Shown: positions 9,511 through 18,822 of the stretch, one piece after another | Position numbering within the stretch: the first letter of the stretch is position 1 | Layout of the letters: each line of letters opens with the position of its first letter | Assembly (NCBI GenBank): GCA_965552135.1 | Contig: CBEVQY010000003.1 | Coordinates: 24,632 to 88,631, forward strand | DNA: 64,000 bases | DNA from: an uncultured bacterium | GTDB taxonomy: Bacteria; UBP14; UBA6098; B30-G16 | Reading direction: 5' to 3' | Translations under genes and position numbers: made by a program | Notes under the pieces: generated by a model | Seen by the model: only the letters and a program-made list of their open reading frames with translations | Told to the model about the DNA's origin: nothing | The model's database searches: none

Positions 9511-10766
9511 AGGAGGTTGTGGGTGGTATGGAGGCGCTGATCGCATCTTTCGCCGCTTTGCTTTTGTTCGTTTTCATGCTGTATCTTTCGTCGGCGATGG
9601 AGGTCGCCGTCTTTTCGCTTGAGCTTGATGACGAGCAAAAGCTTTCCGGCTCGCGGCGCTGGCTGGCAAAAGCCCTAAAGCGCCCCGGCGACCTCGAGGC
9701 GTTCTTCATTGTGGCAAGGGCTTTGTCCCTTGGCGGGTTCGCAATCGCAATACACATCTACTTCGGAGCCCTTGGAATGACCTCGCACCTTTTGCGCTAC
9801 CTTCTGGAGGGGGGCATCTTTTGCGCCACCGCAATGCTTGCAATGAACATCCTGCCGGCTTCCGCCGTGGCGTGGAGTGCGCAAAGAACCTTTAAGCTCT
9901 CGGGACTTGTGAGGTTTTTGTACGTGGTGTTGTATCCCGTAAAGCAGGTTGCCAAGGTCGCGCTCAACCTCATTCTCAAAAACATCGGTCTTGAGGGTTT
10001 GCAGAGCATAGCTGCCCAAAGGAGGCTTGCCTACATAACCGACGAGGGCGGACACGCCATCGAAAGCGAAGAGCGCCAGATGATAAGGCACATAATGGAC
10101 TTCGTCGAAACGACGGTGAGGGAGGTTATGGTCCCCAGAGTCGACATAGTCTGCGCTCCCGTCGACTCCACAGTGGAGGACATAATAGAGCTTGTGGAAA
10201 AGCACGGACACTCCAGAATCCCGCTCTACGACGAGACCATCGACAACATCGTCGGGATACTCTACACAAAGGACCTTCTGCTCGCCCTGGGCAAGGGCGA
10301 AAGGGATATAGATCTTTCGCGCATCTGTCGGAAGCCCTACTTCGTTCCCGAGTCGAAGCTTATCGATTCGCTGCTTGAGGAGTTCAAGCGCGAGAAGCTG
10401 CACATAGCGATAGTTGTGGACGAGTACGGCGGCGTTGCGGGTCTTGTGACGATGGAGGACCTCCTCGAGGAGATAGTTGGCGAAATCCAGGACGAATACG
10501 ATACGGAGGAGGCTCCAATTCAGCGCATCGGCGAGGGGGTTTGGCGGGTTTACGGCAGGGTGACGCTGGATGAGGTTTCGGAGGAGATAGGCGTCGAGCT
10601 TCCGGGCGACGAGGCAGACACCATAGGCGGGCTTGTGTACCAGCTTGCGGGCGCAATACCCGAGCCCGGATTCCAGGTCGAGGTCGGGGAGGATATACTG
10701 CTTGTGGTCGAGAAAATAGACGGGCAGAGGATAAAGACGGTGAAGGTGGTAAGGAAGGGGAAGTGA
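9507..10766 (+). CDS. CNNM/CorC-HlyC family protein (DUF21 TM domain + CBS pair + CorC_HlyC transporter-associated domain)
   Basis: N-terminal TM DUF21 region, tandem CBS domains (VMVPRVDIVC..., HIAIVVDEYGGVAGLVTMEDLLEEIVGEI) and a C-terminal CorC-type domain. The ATGA overlap with pgpH indicates translational coupling. Confidence 0.85.
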   Translation: MKEVVGGMEALIASFAALLLFVFMLYLSSAMEVAVFSLELDDEQKLSGSRRWLAKALKRPGDLEAFFIVARALSLGGFAIAIHIYFGALGMTSHLLRYLLEGGIFCATAMLAMNILPASAVAWSAQRTFKLSGLVRFLYVVLYPVKQVAKVALNLILKNIGLEGLQSIAAQRRLAYITDEGGHAIESEERQMIRHIMDFVETTVREVMVPRVDIVCAPVDSTVEDIIELVEKHGHSRIPLYDETIDNIVGILYTKDLLLALGKGERDIDLSRICRKPYFVPESKLIDSLLEEFKREKLHIAIVVDEYGGVAGLVTMEDLLEEIVGEIQDEYDTEEAPIQRIGEGVWRVYGRVTLDEVSEEIGVELPGDEADTIGGLVYQLAGAIPEPGFQVEVGEDILLVVEKIDGQRIKTVKVVRKGK

Positions 10767-10826
10767 GGTGGCACGCTTTGTGCACAAAGCTTTGTGGAGG
10801 GGGTTTTCTCTGCGCAGGGGCTGTGC

Positions 10827-11666
10827 ATGAGGGGTTTTGGTCTGCACATAGCGTTTTTGGTCTGCACGGTGTTTGTGCAGTCTGCGTTGGGTAGGCTTCA
10901 GACCCCCGAGCAGAGGCGCAAGGCGCTCGAGGCGCTCGAAGGCGTGGAGATACCCAAGCCCGTGAACAAAGACGCCTTCGGCGTTGGGGAGTACCTCGAC
11001 TTCGCTGTCTACGTTGCGCTGCCCGGCGTTGGCAGGGTGCCCATCGTGGGCGGACATGGAATCCTCGAGGTGCCCAACATCGTCGTGAGGAACAAAAGGC
11101 TGTGCTACTGGCTGCGGTCGACGACAAAGTCTACAGGCATCGTAGGACAAATATACCCCGTCGAGGACTACATCGAAAGCTTCATGGACGTCGACAGCTT
11201 CTACCCCTGGTACTTCCGCAAGGACGTCCGCGAGGGAAGATACAGAGACAAATACACCATATTCTTCGATCAGATCAACCACAGGGCGATAAGGGAGGGC
11301 GTCTTCGACGTCGAGACCTACCCGCGGGTTCAGGATATACTCTCCGCCTTCTACTACGTTCGCACCCTCGAGTTTGCTCCGGGCGACACCATCCCCCTTC
11401 CATATCACGACAACGGCGGGAACTACCCCATTCTGGTCGTCGTCCACAGGCGCGAGGAGGTGGAGGTCCCCGCGGGAAAGTTCAACTGCCTCGTCGTAGA
11501 GCCCATACTCAAGACCCCAGGGCTCTTCCAGCGTAAGGGGAGGATGTGGATCTGGCTCACAGACGATAGGAAGAAGATGCCCGTCAAGATGGTCTCGAAG
11601 ATACCGATAGGCTCTGTCCAGGCGCTTTTGGTTGAGTATCGTCTTGGCGATACCGATTGGCGTTAG
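10827..11666 (+). CDS. DUF3108-like secreted protein
   Basis: Signal peptide MRGFGLHIAFLVCTVFVQSALG. The GEYLDF...G and FYPWYF...GRY pattern is reminiscent of DUF3108. The track ORF begins earlier at GTG 10794; I prefer ATG 10827. Confidence 0.5.
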   Translation: MRGFGLHIAFLVCTVFVQSALGRLQTPEQRRKALEALEGVEIPKPVNKDAFGVGEYLDFAVYVALPGVGRVPIVGGHGILEVPNIVVRNKRLCYWLRSTTKSTGIVGQIYPVEDYIESFMDVDSFYPWYFRKDVREGRYRDKYTIFFDQINHRAIREGVFDVETYPRVQDILSAFYYVRTLEFAPGDTIPLPYHDNGGNYPILVVVHRREEVEVPAGKFNCLVVEPILKTPGLFQRKGRMWIWLTDDRKKMPVKMVSKIPIGSVQALLVEYRLGDTDWR

Positions 11667-11685
11667 AGCAAACCCGGAGGGTGCC

Positions 11686-12474
11686 ATGCGGATAGGCTTC
11701 GTTCAGATGAAGCCCGTTTTGGGCGATTTGGAGGGCAACCTCAGGCGCGCAGCCTCGCTCGTTGAGGGGATTGAGGCAGATATTATAGTCTTCCCCGAGC
11801 TTTTCGCAACCGGGTATCTCTTTCGCGACCGAAGCCACGCCCAAAAGCTCTCCGAGCCCGCCGGTGGCGGCTTGGTGTACGAGGCGCTCAGGTCGATCGC
11901 GAAAAAAATAGGCGGGCTTGCCGCAGGAGGCTTCCCCGAAAGGGACTCCCAAAGGCTTTTTAACTCCGTCATCGCTGTGGAGCCCGGAGGCGACTTCCAC
12001 CTCTACCGGAAGCTGCACCTCTTCGACAGGGAGAAGGAGATCTTCGACCCCGGCGACCTGCGCCTGCAGCCGTTTGAGTTCCGCGGGGCGCGCGTGGGAC
12101 TTATCATATGCTTCGACTGGATATTCCCCGAGGTCTACCGCACGCTGGCGCTCAAGGGAGCGCAGATTATACTTCATCCGTCCAACCTCGTTCTGCCCTA
12201 CTGCCAGCGGGCGAGCTACGCGAGGGCAGTGGAGAACGGGGTGTTCATCGTCCTGGCGAACAGGGTTGGCGAAGAGAGCCTCGGCGAGCTTTCCTTGCGC
12301 TTCACCGGCGGAAGCGTTATCTATTCTCCGAGGGGCGAGGTTCTTGCGCAGGCAGGTGAGTTTGAGGAGCGCGCCGTCGTGGTCGATATCGATCCGCGCG
12401 CCGCTGACGACAAATGGATAACCCAGCGAAACCACATCCTCCAAGACAGACGCCCCGAGTTCTATGAGCTATAG
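11686..12474 (+). CDS. Carbon-nitrogen hydrolase (nitrilase/Nit superfamily) protein
   Basis: MRIGFVQMKPVLGDLEGNL...VFPELFATGY...RKLHLF...ICFDWIFPE matches the CN-hydrolase catalytic E-K-C architecture. RBS CCGGAGGG lies before ATG 11686. The track ORF extends upstream from 11632. Confidence 0.8.
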   Translation: MRIGFVQMKPVLGDLEGNLRRAASLVEGIEADIIVFPELFATGYLFRDRSHAQKLSEPAGGGLVYEALRSIAKKIGGLAAGGFPERDSQRLFNSVIAVEPGGDFHLYRKLHLFDREKEIFDPGDLRLQPFEFRGARVGLIICFDWIFPEVYRTLALKGAQIILHPSNLVLPYCQRASYARAVENGVFIVLANRVGEESLGELSLRFTGGSVIYSPRGEVLAQAGEFEERAVVVDIDPRAADDKWITQRNHILQDRRPEFYEL

Positions 12475-13939
12475 TACAAAGGCTACAGTCCTTGCGGCTT
12501 TTGCGCTCGTTTCGGCGGCTTTTGCATGGAACGGCGATAGCCTGGCTTCGGTCTCACTGGAGGTCAGAGTTTTCCCGAAGCGCATACTCATCCCCAGTGG
12601 TATGTCTCAAAGCGTTTCGTCGCGGGGGATAAGCTGTCTCGTCTTCTTCGAGGACCACGACACGACCATAGGCGAGGGCTGGCGTTCGGAGCTTTTGGCT
12701 TTGGGCGAGATGCTTGCGCGAAACCCTGATCTTGTCGCGGTGATCGAGGGGTATTACTCGCCCCAGCTGGAGGGCATTCGTTCGCCGCTTGCGGGAAGGG
12801 AGCTTGCCCTGAGGCGTGCGGAGGCTGTTCTTGGCTTCGTCGTCACGAGGTTCCCGCAGGTGGGCGACAGGATCGTCGTCTCCGACACCCACGACCCCGG
12901 CGCACCGCTTGGGGACAAGCCCGCGCCGTGGGACATAAGGGCACAGATCAGGTTCCAGGTCGTGGGCTTCGGCGAAAGGAACTTCTACCCTGCGGCTCGC
13001 CCGCCGTTCTGGCGAAGGTCGTACAAAGCAATAGTCGCCGATGTCGCCCCCCAGCTTAGGCGAATATTCGCCAAAAACCCCGATGTCATAGCCGTCCTCA
13101 GGGGCTTCGGCTTCCCCAACGACAAAACGGGCTACGGCTGGCTTTCGTACCTGCGGGACAAGCTTGTCGAGAAAGTTGGCAAGAGGTTTTCGTGGAGGTT
13201 TGCGCTTTTCGTGGAGCCTTTTGCCGAGGTCCGCTCGCCGTACGCTAGCCTTAGCCTTCTGCCCGTTGGTGCGCTTCCCAACGGTGGCTTCGAGAGGATC
13301 GACCTCGTGCCCGACGACTTCCTGCCGCAGATGACCTGCTCCCTGCGCTGCTCGGCTGGATTGCCCAATCGCTTCTTCTGCGCCATCTGGCCCCCGGGGC
13401 GCTGCGGGCTTTACGCCGTCACCCTCGCTGCGAAAAGACCCTCGGTGCCGGTGTGGGCACTGCCGCTCTTTGAGGGCGAATACGCCGTCGACGTCTACAT
13501 TCCGCCGTGGGGCGTTGTGGACGACGAGGCAGGCTTTGCGGTTGAGCCATCCGACTCGTTCTGCTGCACCTGGCGGCAGGACGTGTGGCAGTTCTACGGC
13601 GACAGATTGTCTGTGGGAAGCGGGGCGGCGCTGTGGTTCGTCGCAAAAGCTGTGGCAGCCGTTGCCCCGAAGGTCGACGGGCTTAAGGTGACAGTTCTCT
13701 CCCACTGCGCCGACGACTCCGTTGGTCGTGCGCGGCTTGAGGTGATGTGGAAATCCCTTTCGGCGCAGCTTGCGGAGATGCTCGACGTCAAAACGCCGGG
13801 CGTGAGGAGGTGGCTTGTGAGGCGCGGCGTTTCGGTTGAGCTTGCCAACGACCAAACCCTCGAAGCGGCGTCCCTGCCCGAAAAGCAGCTTGCCGAGGGC
13901 AGATGCACCGTTATTCTTGAGTTCTGTGGGGGAAGATGA
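12464..13939 (+). CDS. Secreted protein with three degenerate OmpA-like (peptidoglycan-binding-type) modules
   Basis: Signal peptide MSYSTKATVLAAFALVSAAFA. Module 1 (NPDLVAVIEGYYSPQLEG...LALRRAEAVLGFVV) resembles the OmpA_C signature. Weaker copies lie around residues 190-250 and 400-470. The antisense ORF 12554..13855 is R/P-rich junk. Confidence 0.45.
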   Translation: MSYSTKATVLAAFALVSAAFAWNGDSLASVSLEVRVFPKRILIPSGMSQSVSSRGISCLVFFEDHDTTIGEGWRSELLALGEMLARNPDLVAVIEGYYSPQLEGIRSPLAGRELALRRAEAVLGFVVTRFPQVGDRIVVSDTHDPGAPLGDKPAPWDIRAQIRFQVVGFGERNFYPAARPPFWRRSYKAIVADVAPQLRRIFAKNPDVIAVLRGFGFPNDKTGYGWLSYLRDKLVEKVGKRFSWRFALFVEPFAEVRSPYASLSLLPVGALPNGGFERIDLVPDDFLPQMTCSLRCSAGLPNRFFCAIWPPGRCGLYAVTLAAKRPSVPVWALPLFEGEYAVDVYIPPWGVVDDEAGFAVEPSDSFCCTWRQDVWQFYGDRLSVGSGAALWFVAKAVAAVAPKVDGLKVTVLSHCADDSVGRARLEVMWKSLSAQLAEMLDVKTPGVRRWLVRRGVSVELANDQTLEAASLPEKQLAEGRCTVILEFCGGR

Positions 13940-14898
13940 CAGTTGTCGGCGTCGACATAGGTGGCACCAACACGAGGGCTGGCATCGTCGGCGAGGACGG
14001 CTCCGTTTTGGGCTTCGCCGTTGCCGACACTCCCGCGGCGGGCGGTCCCGAGGCAGAAGCAGCCGTGCTGGCTGAGCTTATGCAGTTCCTCAAGATAGAT
14101 CCCCGTAAGATCGACGCCCTCGGGATAGGTCTGCCAGGTCCTGTTGGCGCAGACGGCGTTGTGCACAACCCTCCGAACCTCAAGGGCTGGGGCGAGGTCG
14201 ACTTCGGTGAGGTCGTTTCGCAGGCGCTGGGGATTCCCCGGGAGCGGATTTTTGTTGGCAACGACGCCAACCTCGCCGCTTTGGCGGAGCATCGCTTCGG
14301 CAACGGCGCAGGCGCAAACCCTATGGTCCTGCTCACGCTCGGGACGGGCGTTGGCGGAGCGGTCATAATAGACGGCAAGCCCCTCTTGGGTCGGGACGGT
14401 TTCGCCGCCGAGCTGGGACACATCGTAATCGACCCCAACGGTCCGCGCTGCGGCTGCGGCAGAATCGGATGCGCCGAAGCACTCATATCCCACCGCGGGA
14501 TCGTAAGGACCGCCTGGGAGATCCTCCGCACCGACAAGGGTTCGCTTATGTGGGGTATGCTCGAGGGCGGCTACGACTCCCTCACGCCAAAGCTTGTGCA
14601 ACAGGCCGCCGACCTTGGCGACCCCGCGGCAAACCGCGTGCTTGAGCTTACCGCAAAAAGACTCGGAACGCTTATTGCCGACATAATCAACATCTTCAAC
14701 CCCGAGCGCGTCGTCATAGGGGGAGGTATATCGCGCTGGGGCGATGCGCTCATCGAGCCTGCGGCGAAGTTCGCCAAAAAGCAGGCTCTAAAGCACCTCG
14801 CCAGGGGCACAAGGATCGTGCGGGCGAAGTTCTATCAGCACGCGGGCATAATCGGCGCGGCAACAGCGGCAAGGGAAAAGCTGCTTACCGCAAAGTGA
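13936..14898 (+). CDS. ROK family sugar kinase (glucokinase-like)
   Basis: MTVVGVDIGGTNTRAGIV N-terminal ATP-binding motif, and a ROK zinc motif GHIVIDPNGPRCGCGRIGCAEA. Confidence 0.8.
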   Translation: MTVVGVDIGGTNTRAGIVGEDGSVLGFAVADTPAAGGPEAEAAVLAELMQFLKIDPRKIDALGIGLPGPVGADGVVHNPPNLKGWGEVDFGEVVSQALGIPRERIFVGNDANLAALAEHRFGNGAGANPMVLLTLGTGVGGAVIIDGKPLLGRDGFAAELGHIVIDPNGPRCGCGRIGCAEALISHRGIVRTAWEILRTDKGSLMWGMLEGGYDSLTPKLVQQAADLGDPAANRVLELTAKRLGTLIADIINIFNPERVVIGGGISRWGDALIEPAAKFAKKQALKHLARGTRIVRAKFYQHAGIIGAATAAREKLLTAK

Positions 14899-14971
14899 GC
14901 TTTGCCCAAACGCTTTGCGGCGGGAGGAGAAGGAGTCAATTTTTCGGAAAGACACACCTTGGAGGGTTGCC

Positions 14972-15739
14972 ATGCGCAAAAAGCTTGTTGCGGGGAACTG
15001 GAAGATGCACAAGGACATCCCCGAGGCGCAGACCTTGGCGCGCCAGCTTGCCGACAGACTCTCCGACGTCACGTTCGTCGACGTCGCGATATGTCCGCCG
15101 TTCGTGGACCTGTTCCCTGTGAGCCTGATACTGCGCGAGAAGGAGTCGAGGATCATCCTGGGCGCACAGAACTTGCACCCCGAGCCGTCGGGGGCGTTTA
15201 CGGGAGAGATATCGGCGCAAATGCTCATTTCTGCGGGCGTCAGGCTCGTCATCGTTGGGCACTCCGAGCGCAGACACATCTTCCTCGAGACCGATTCGTT
15301 CATAAACCGCAAACTCAAGCGCGCCCTAGAGGCTGGGCTTGTCCCGATATTCTGCATAGGCGAAACGCTTGACCAGCGCAAGGCGGGCAAAACCAACGAC
15401 GTCCTCAGGGAGCAGCTCCTTATGGGTCTTGACGGCATCGTCGTCGACGACCCCGCTCGGATAGTTATCGCCTACGAGCCCGTTTGGGCAATAGGCACGG
15501 GCGTCAACGCCACGCCGGAGCAGGCGCAGGAGGCGCAGTCCTTCGTGCGGTCTGTGCTTGCCGAAATCTGGGGGAGCGGGGTCGCGGATGGTGTGAGGAT
15601 CCTCTACGGCGGCAGCGTGAAGCCCGAAAACGCGGGGGAGCTTATGTCCCAGCCCGACGTCGACGGCGCGCTCGTGGGCGGCGCAAGCCTTAACGCCGAC
15701 TCGTTCGAAAAGATCGTCCGAAAAGCCATGGAGGTATGA
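14972..15739 (+). CDS. tpiA: Triosephosphate isomerase
   Basis: MRKKLVAGNWKMHKD...VIVGHSERRHIF...IAYEPVWAIGTG...GGSVKPENA are canonical TIM motifs. RBS GGAGGG lies at 14961-14966. The track ORF starts at 14915 but the conserved N-terminus begins at ATG 14972. Confidence 0.9.
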   Translation: MRKKLVAGNWKMHKDIPEAQTLARQLADRLSDVTFVDVAICPPFVDLFPVSLILREKESRIILGAQNLHPEPSGAFTGEISAQMLISAGVRLVIVGHSERRHIFLETDSFINRKLKRALEAGLVPIFCIGETLDQRKAGKTNDVLREQLLMGLDGIVVDDPARIVIAYEPVWAIGTGVNATPEQAQEAQSFVRSVLAEIWGSGVADGVRILYGGSVKPENAGELMSQPDVDGALVGGASLNADSFEKIVRKAMEV

Positions 15740-16968
15740 CGCTTTTTGTCGTCATGGTGCTTTTTGTGTGCGCGGCGCAGGCGCAGATCGCGGAGGTGAG
15801 GTTTTGGGCGTATCAGCTCCAGGGGCTTGATCGCGAAGGCGCCGTTGAGGCTCTGGTGGAGTCACGCTACGACATGCTCGTCCTTGAGCCCACGCGGACC
15901 GACCGCGATTGCACCGACTTCGACGCCCGCGCCATGGTCGATGCGCTGCACGCCTCGCCCGGAACCTCTTTGCCGCGCAAGATCGTTCTGGCGTACATCG
16001 ACATAGGCGAGGCGGAGGACTGGCGCACCTACTGGCAGGACTGGTGGGTCGCGCCCACAGATACTTCGCGCGGCAACCCCGATTTCCTCCTTGCGCCCGA
16101 CCCCGACGGCTGGAGCGGAAACTACCCCGTCGCCTTCTGGGACGAGCGCTGGTGGGAGATAATAATCGACGGCGACTCAAGCCTCGTCAAGCTCGCCCTC
16201 GCCGACGGCTTCGACGGCGTGTATCTCGACTGGATCGAAGCCTACGACGATCCCGTCGTTGCGGCTTTTGCGGAGAGCGCAGGCGTGGACCCCGACTCGG
16301 CGATGGTGGCGTTCGTCGAGCATATAAGGGAGGTTGCCAGGGGGATCGACCACGACTTTCTGGTCGTTGGTCAGAACGGGATTTGGCTTGCGGACGAGCA
16401 GCCTTTGTATTTCTCCGTCGTGGACGGCGTTGCGCAGGAGGACCTAAGCTTCGGCGGCGAGGCGGACGTCCCATGGGGCGACCCGCGCGCAGGCGACATC
16501 CCACAAGGCCCGCACGAACAAGCCGAAATGGTGGAGATGCTGCTGCAATATAAGGACCGCGGACTGCCCGTCTTCACGTGCGACTACGCGCTCCTCCCCG
16601 AGAACGTGGAGCTCGCCTACGAGTTCTCGTATTCGCACGGCTTCGTCCCGTTCGTCTCGCAAACGCCCCTCGACAGACTGCCCGACTACTACCCGCCCGG
16701 ATACTCCATCTCAGAGCGGTATGCGCCCAACTCGTTTGCGCTTTCCGTCTCGCCCAATCCCGCGGCTGGCCTGTGCAGGATAAGCCTGCCCGGCGCAGGA
16801 TCATTTGCCGTCTTCGACTTAGCGGGGCGGGTCGTCTGGCGGGGCGCCGTCTTTGCCGAAGGCACAACCCTGTGGCGACCCGAGGACCCGCGGCACGGCG
16901 TCTACATCCTGCGCTGGCGAGGAGTCGATGGAAAACAGGGGGAAGCCACGATCGTGCTGATAAGGTAG
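15736..16968 (+). CDS. GH114-family (endo-alpha-1,4-polygalactosaminidase / PelA-hydrolase-like, TM1410-type) glycoside hydrolase with T9SS C-terminal sorting domain
   Basis: Signal peptide, then FWAYQLQG...VLAYIDIGEAEDWRTYWQDWW...FDGVYLDWIEAY, characteristic of the GH114 TIM-barrel. The C-terminus ALSVSPNPAAGLCRISL...GVYILRWRG...ATIVLIR is a T9SS CTD. Confidence 0.7.
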   Translation: MTLFVVMVLFVCAAQAQIAEVRFWAYQLQGLDREGAVEALVESRYDMLVLEPTRTDRDCTDFDARAMVDALHASPGTSLPRKIVLAYIDIGEAEDWRTYWQDWWVAPTDTSRGNPDFLLAPDPDGWSGNYPVAFWDERWWEIIIDGDSSLVKLALADGFDGVYLDWIEAYDDPVVAAFAESAGVDPDSAMVAFVEHIREVARGIDHDFLVVGQNGIWLADEQPLYFSVVDGVAQEDLSFGGEADVPWGDPRAGDIPQGPHEQAEMVEMLLQYKDRGLPVFTCDYALLPENVELAYEFSYSHGFVPFVSQTPLDRLPDYYPPGYSISERYAPNSFALSVSPNPAAGLCRISLPGAGSFAVFDLAGRVVWRGAVFAEGTTLWRPEDPRHGVYILRWRGVDGKQGEATIVLIR

Positions 16969-17248
16969 CCCGGTGGAGGGGATTATGGCGCCATTTGGTG
17001 GTGCAGTTGTCTTTGGGGCGATGGCTAAGCGCTTTTTCAGGTGCCTGAGGGGTAACCTTACCCCCACAGGCGCAATAGCCGGCGAGAGGTCGATGTTCGC
17101 CCTGAAGGGCGAGGTGAACGTCGTTGCGAACGCGAAGGGGGTTTGTCCGGACCCTTTCGCTGCTGGCGTGGCGGCTGACGCCGTCTTCGGCGGCGTGCTC
17201 CTTTCGAGCTCGATATCCTCAACCGCCGCGGCCGGGTGAGGCTTTGGC

Positions 17249-18496
17249 ATGGTCAAGTTCGTCTACGACTTGCTTTGGTGGGTCGGGCTTTTTGTTGTGT
17301 GGCCCGTTTTGCTTTTGTGGGGGATCGTTCGCGGCGAGCGCTTGCTCGACCGGCTTGGTCTGTGGCGCGGCGTCCCGAAGGGGTGCGTGTGGATACACGG
17401 GTCGTCTTTGGGGGAGTGCGCCGAGGCGCTGGCGCTGGCAAAGGCTCTTCGAAGGCGCGGCGCACCGATTCTGCTTACGGCAACAACGCTTGCCGGATAC
17501 AGGCGCCTGGTCGAGGACGCCCCGAGGGGGTGCGTTGTCCGCCAGCAGCCCCTCGACCATCCGCTCTGCGTCGCTGCCGCCGCGTCGGCGGCTAAGCCAC
17601 GTCTGCTCGTCGTCCTCGAGTCTGATCTCTGGCTCGGCATGATCTCCGCCGCCCGCGCCGAAGGCGCCAGGGTGATCGTCGCAAGCGCAAAGCTTTCCGA
17701 AAAAACGCTTCGCAGAGCAAAGGGTCTCGAGGGATTTTTCGCCGAGCTCTGGCGGCACGTCGACTTCGTATACGCGAGGAGCAGGCTCGATGCTGCGCGC
17801 TTCGTTGAGGCAGGGCTCGATCCACAAAAGGTGGCGGTTCTGGGGGACCTTAAGCTCTCCGTCGACGTCGGAGAGCCTCTGCCGAAGCCCGAGCGCTTCC
17901 CCATAGTCGTTGCGGGGAGCGTTCGCGCAAAGGAGGAGGTCGTTGTGGTCGACGCCTTCGTCGGGCTGCGGAGGGTTTTTCCAAAGGCACTTTTGGTTTT
18001 GGCGCCGCGGCACCAAGATAGGTTCGACGCCGCCGCAAGGCTTCTGGAGAGGCGGGGAATCCCTTTCTCGAGGCGTTCGCGCTCAAACGGTCCTAAACCT
18101 CAGGACGCGGCGTTTCTGATAGATACGCTGGGCGAGCTTGGGAAGTTCTATTCGTGGGGCGATATAGCGATAGTTGGCGGCACCTTCGCCGACTACGGCG
18201 GGCACAATCCGATAGAGCCCGTTCTCTTCGGCGTGCCTGTGGTTCACGGTCCGAGCACGCACAGCAACGCCGAGCTTTTCGCCCTCGTCGACGAAGCCTG
18301 CGCGGGGGTTTGCGTTGACGCCGATGAGCTTGCCGAGGCGCTTTCGGGGATCCTCTCGGACGAAGCGAGGCTCTCGCGCCTCAAGGACGCCGCGGAGAAA
18401 CTCGCCAACCGACTCTCATCGTTGGGCGACCGCTACGCCCAGGAGATCTACTCGCGGTGGATAAAAAAATGGAGCGTAGGGGATTCGAACCCCTGA
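17249..18496 (+). CDS. waaA: 3-deoxy-D-manno-octulosonic-acid (Kdo) transferase
   Basis: N-terminal membrane anchor, then VWIHGSSLGECAEALALAKAL (Kdo-transferase N-domain) and a GT-B C-terminal domain (IVGGTFADYGGHNPIEPVLFGVPVVHGP). The 3' end overlaps the tRNA on the opposite strand. Confidence 0.85.
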   Translation: MVKFVYDLLWWVGLFVVWPVLLLWGIVRGERLLDRLGLWRGVPKGCVWIHGSSLGECAEALALAKALRRRGAPILLTATTLAGYRRLVEDAPRGCVVRQQPLDHPLCVAAAASAAKPRLLVVLESDLWLGMISAARAEGARVIVASAKLSEKTLRRAKGLEGFFAELWRHVDFVYARSRLDAARFVEAGLDPQKVAVLGDLKLSVDVGEPLPKPERFPIVVAGSVRAKEEVVVVDAFVGLRRVFPKALLVLAPRHQDRFDAAARLLERRGIPFSRRSRSNGPKPQDAAFLIDTLGELGKFYSWGDIAIVGGTFADYGGHNPIEPVLFGVPVVHGPSTHSNAELFALVDEACAGVCVDADELAEALSGILSDEARLSRLKDAAEKLANRLSSLGDRYAQEIYSRWIKKWSVGDSNP

Positions 18497-18542
18497 CCTC
18501 GACGCTGCCAGCGTCGCGCTCTCCCAGCTGAGCTAACGCCCC
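18470..18542 (-). tRNA. tRNA-Ala (anticodon GGC)
   Basis: The minus-strand sequence GGGGCGTTAGCTCAGCTGGGAGAGCGCGACGCTGGCAGCGTCGAGGTCAGGGGTTCGAATCCCCTACGCTCCA folds as a cloverleaf with a G3:U70 pair (the alanine identity element), anticodon loop CTGGCAG and T-loop TTCGAAT. No CCA is encoded. Confidence 0.9.
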
Positions 18543-18822
18543 GTCGTCTTTTATTATACCCCACCTTCCCGCGTGGCGCAAGACTTTTTTGCGGGCGTTG
18601 TCCACGCCTTTCCCTAAGCTTTTTAACTGGGAAACTTGTGCCTCTTTGTTTGATGCGGTTTGCACCGTTTCCAAAGTTCAGTTTTCCGTCGGGTTTGCTG
18701 TAGCAGTGTTTCGCTTATCCACTTTACGTTCTGCGTTGGAAAATGAGGACATTGAATTTTGTTCGCCCCTGTGCGTCAAGACGAAAAGATTGTTTCTGAT
18801 TGTTGCTGCCTCAATGTTGATG

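Noticed and set aside
9675-11687. A 670-aa minus-strand ORF antisense to the CorC-like and DUF3108 genes.
   Set aside because: The translation is Arg/Pro/His-rich low-complexity sequence with no domain-like pattern. This is typical of an antisense frame in high-GC DNA. The sense-strand genes have clear CBS and CorC motifs.
12554-13855. A 433-aa minus ORF antisense to the OmpA-like triple-repeat gene.
   Set aside because: R/P/G-rich junk translation. The + strand frame has a signal peptide, OmpA-like motifs, and operon continuity with its neighbours.
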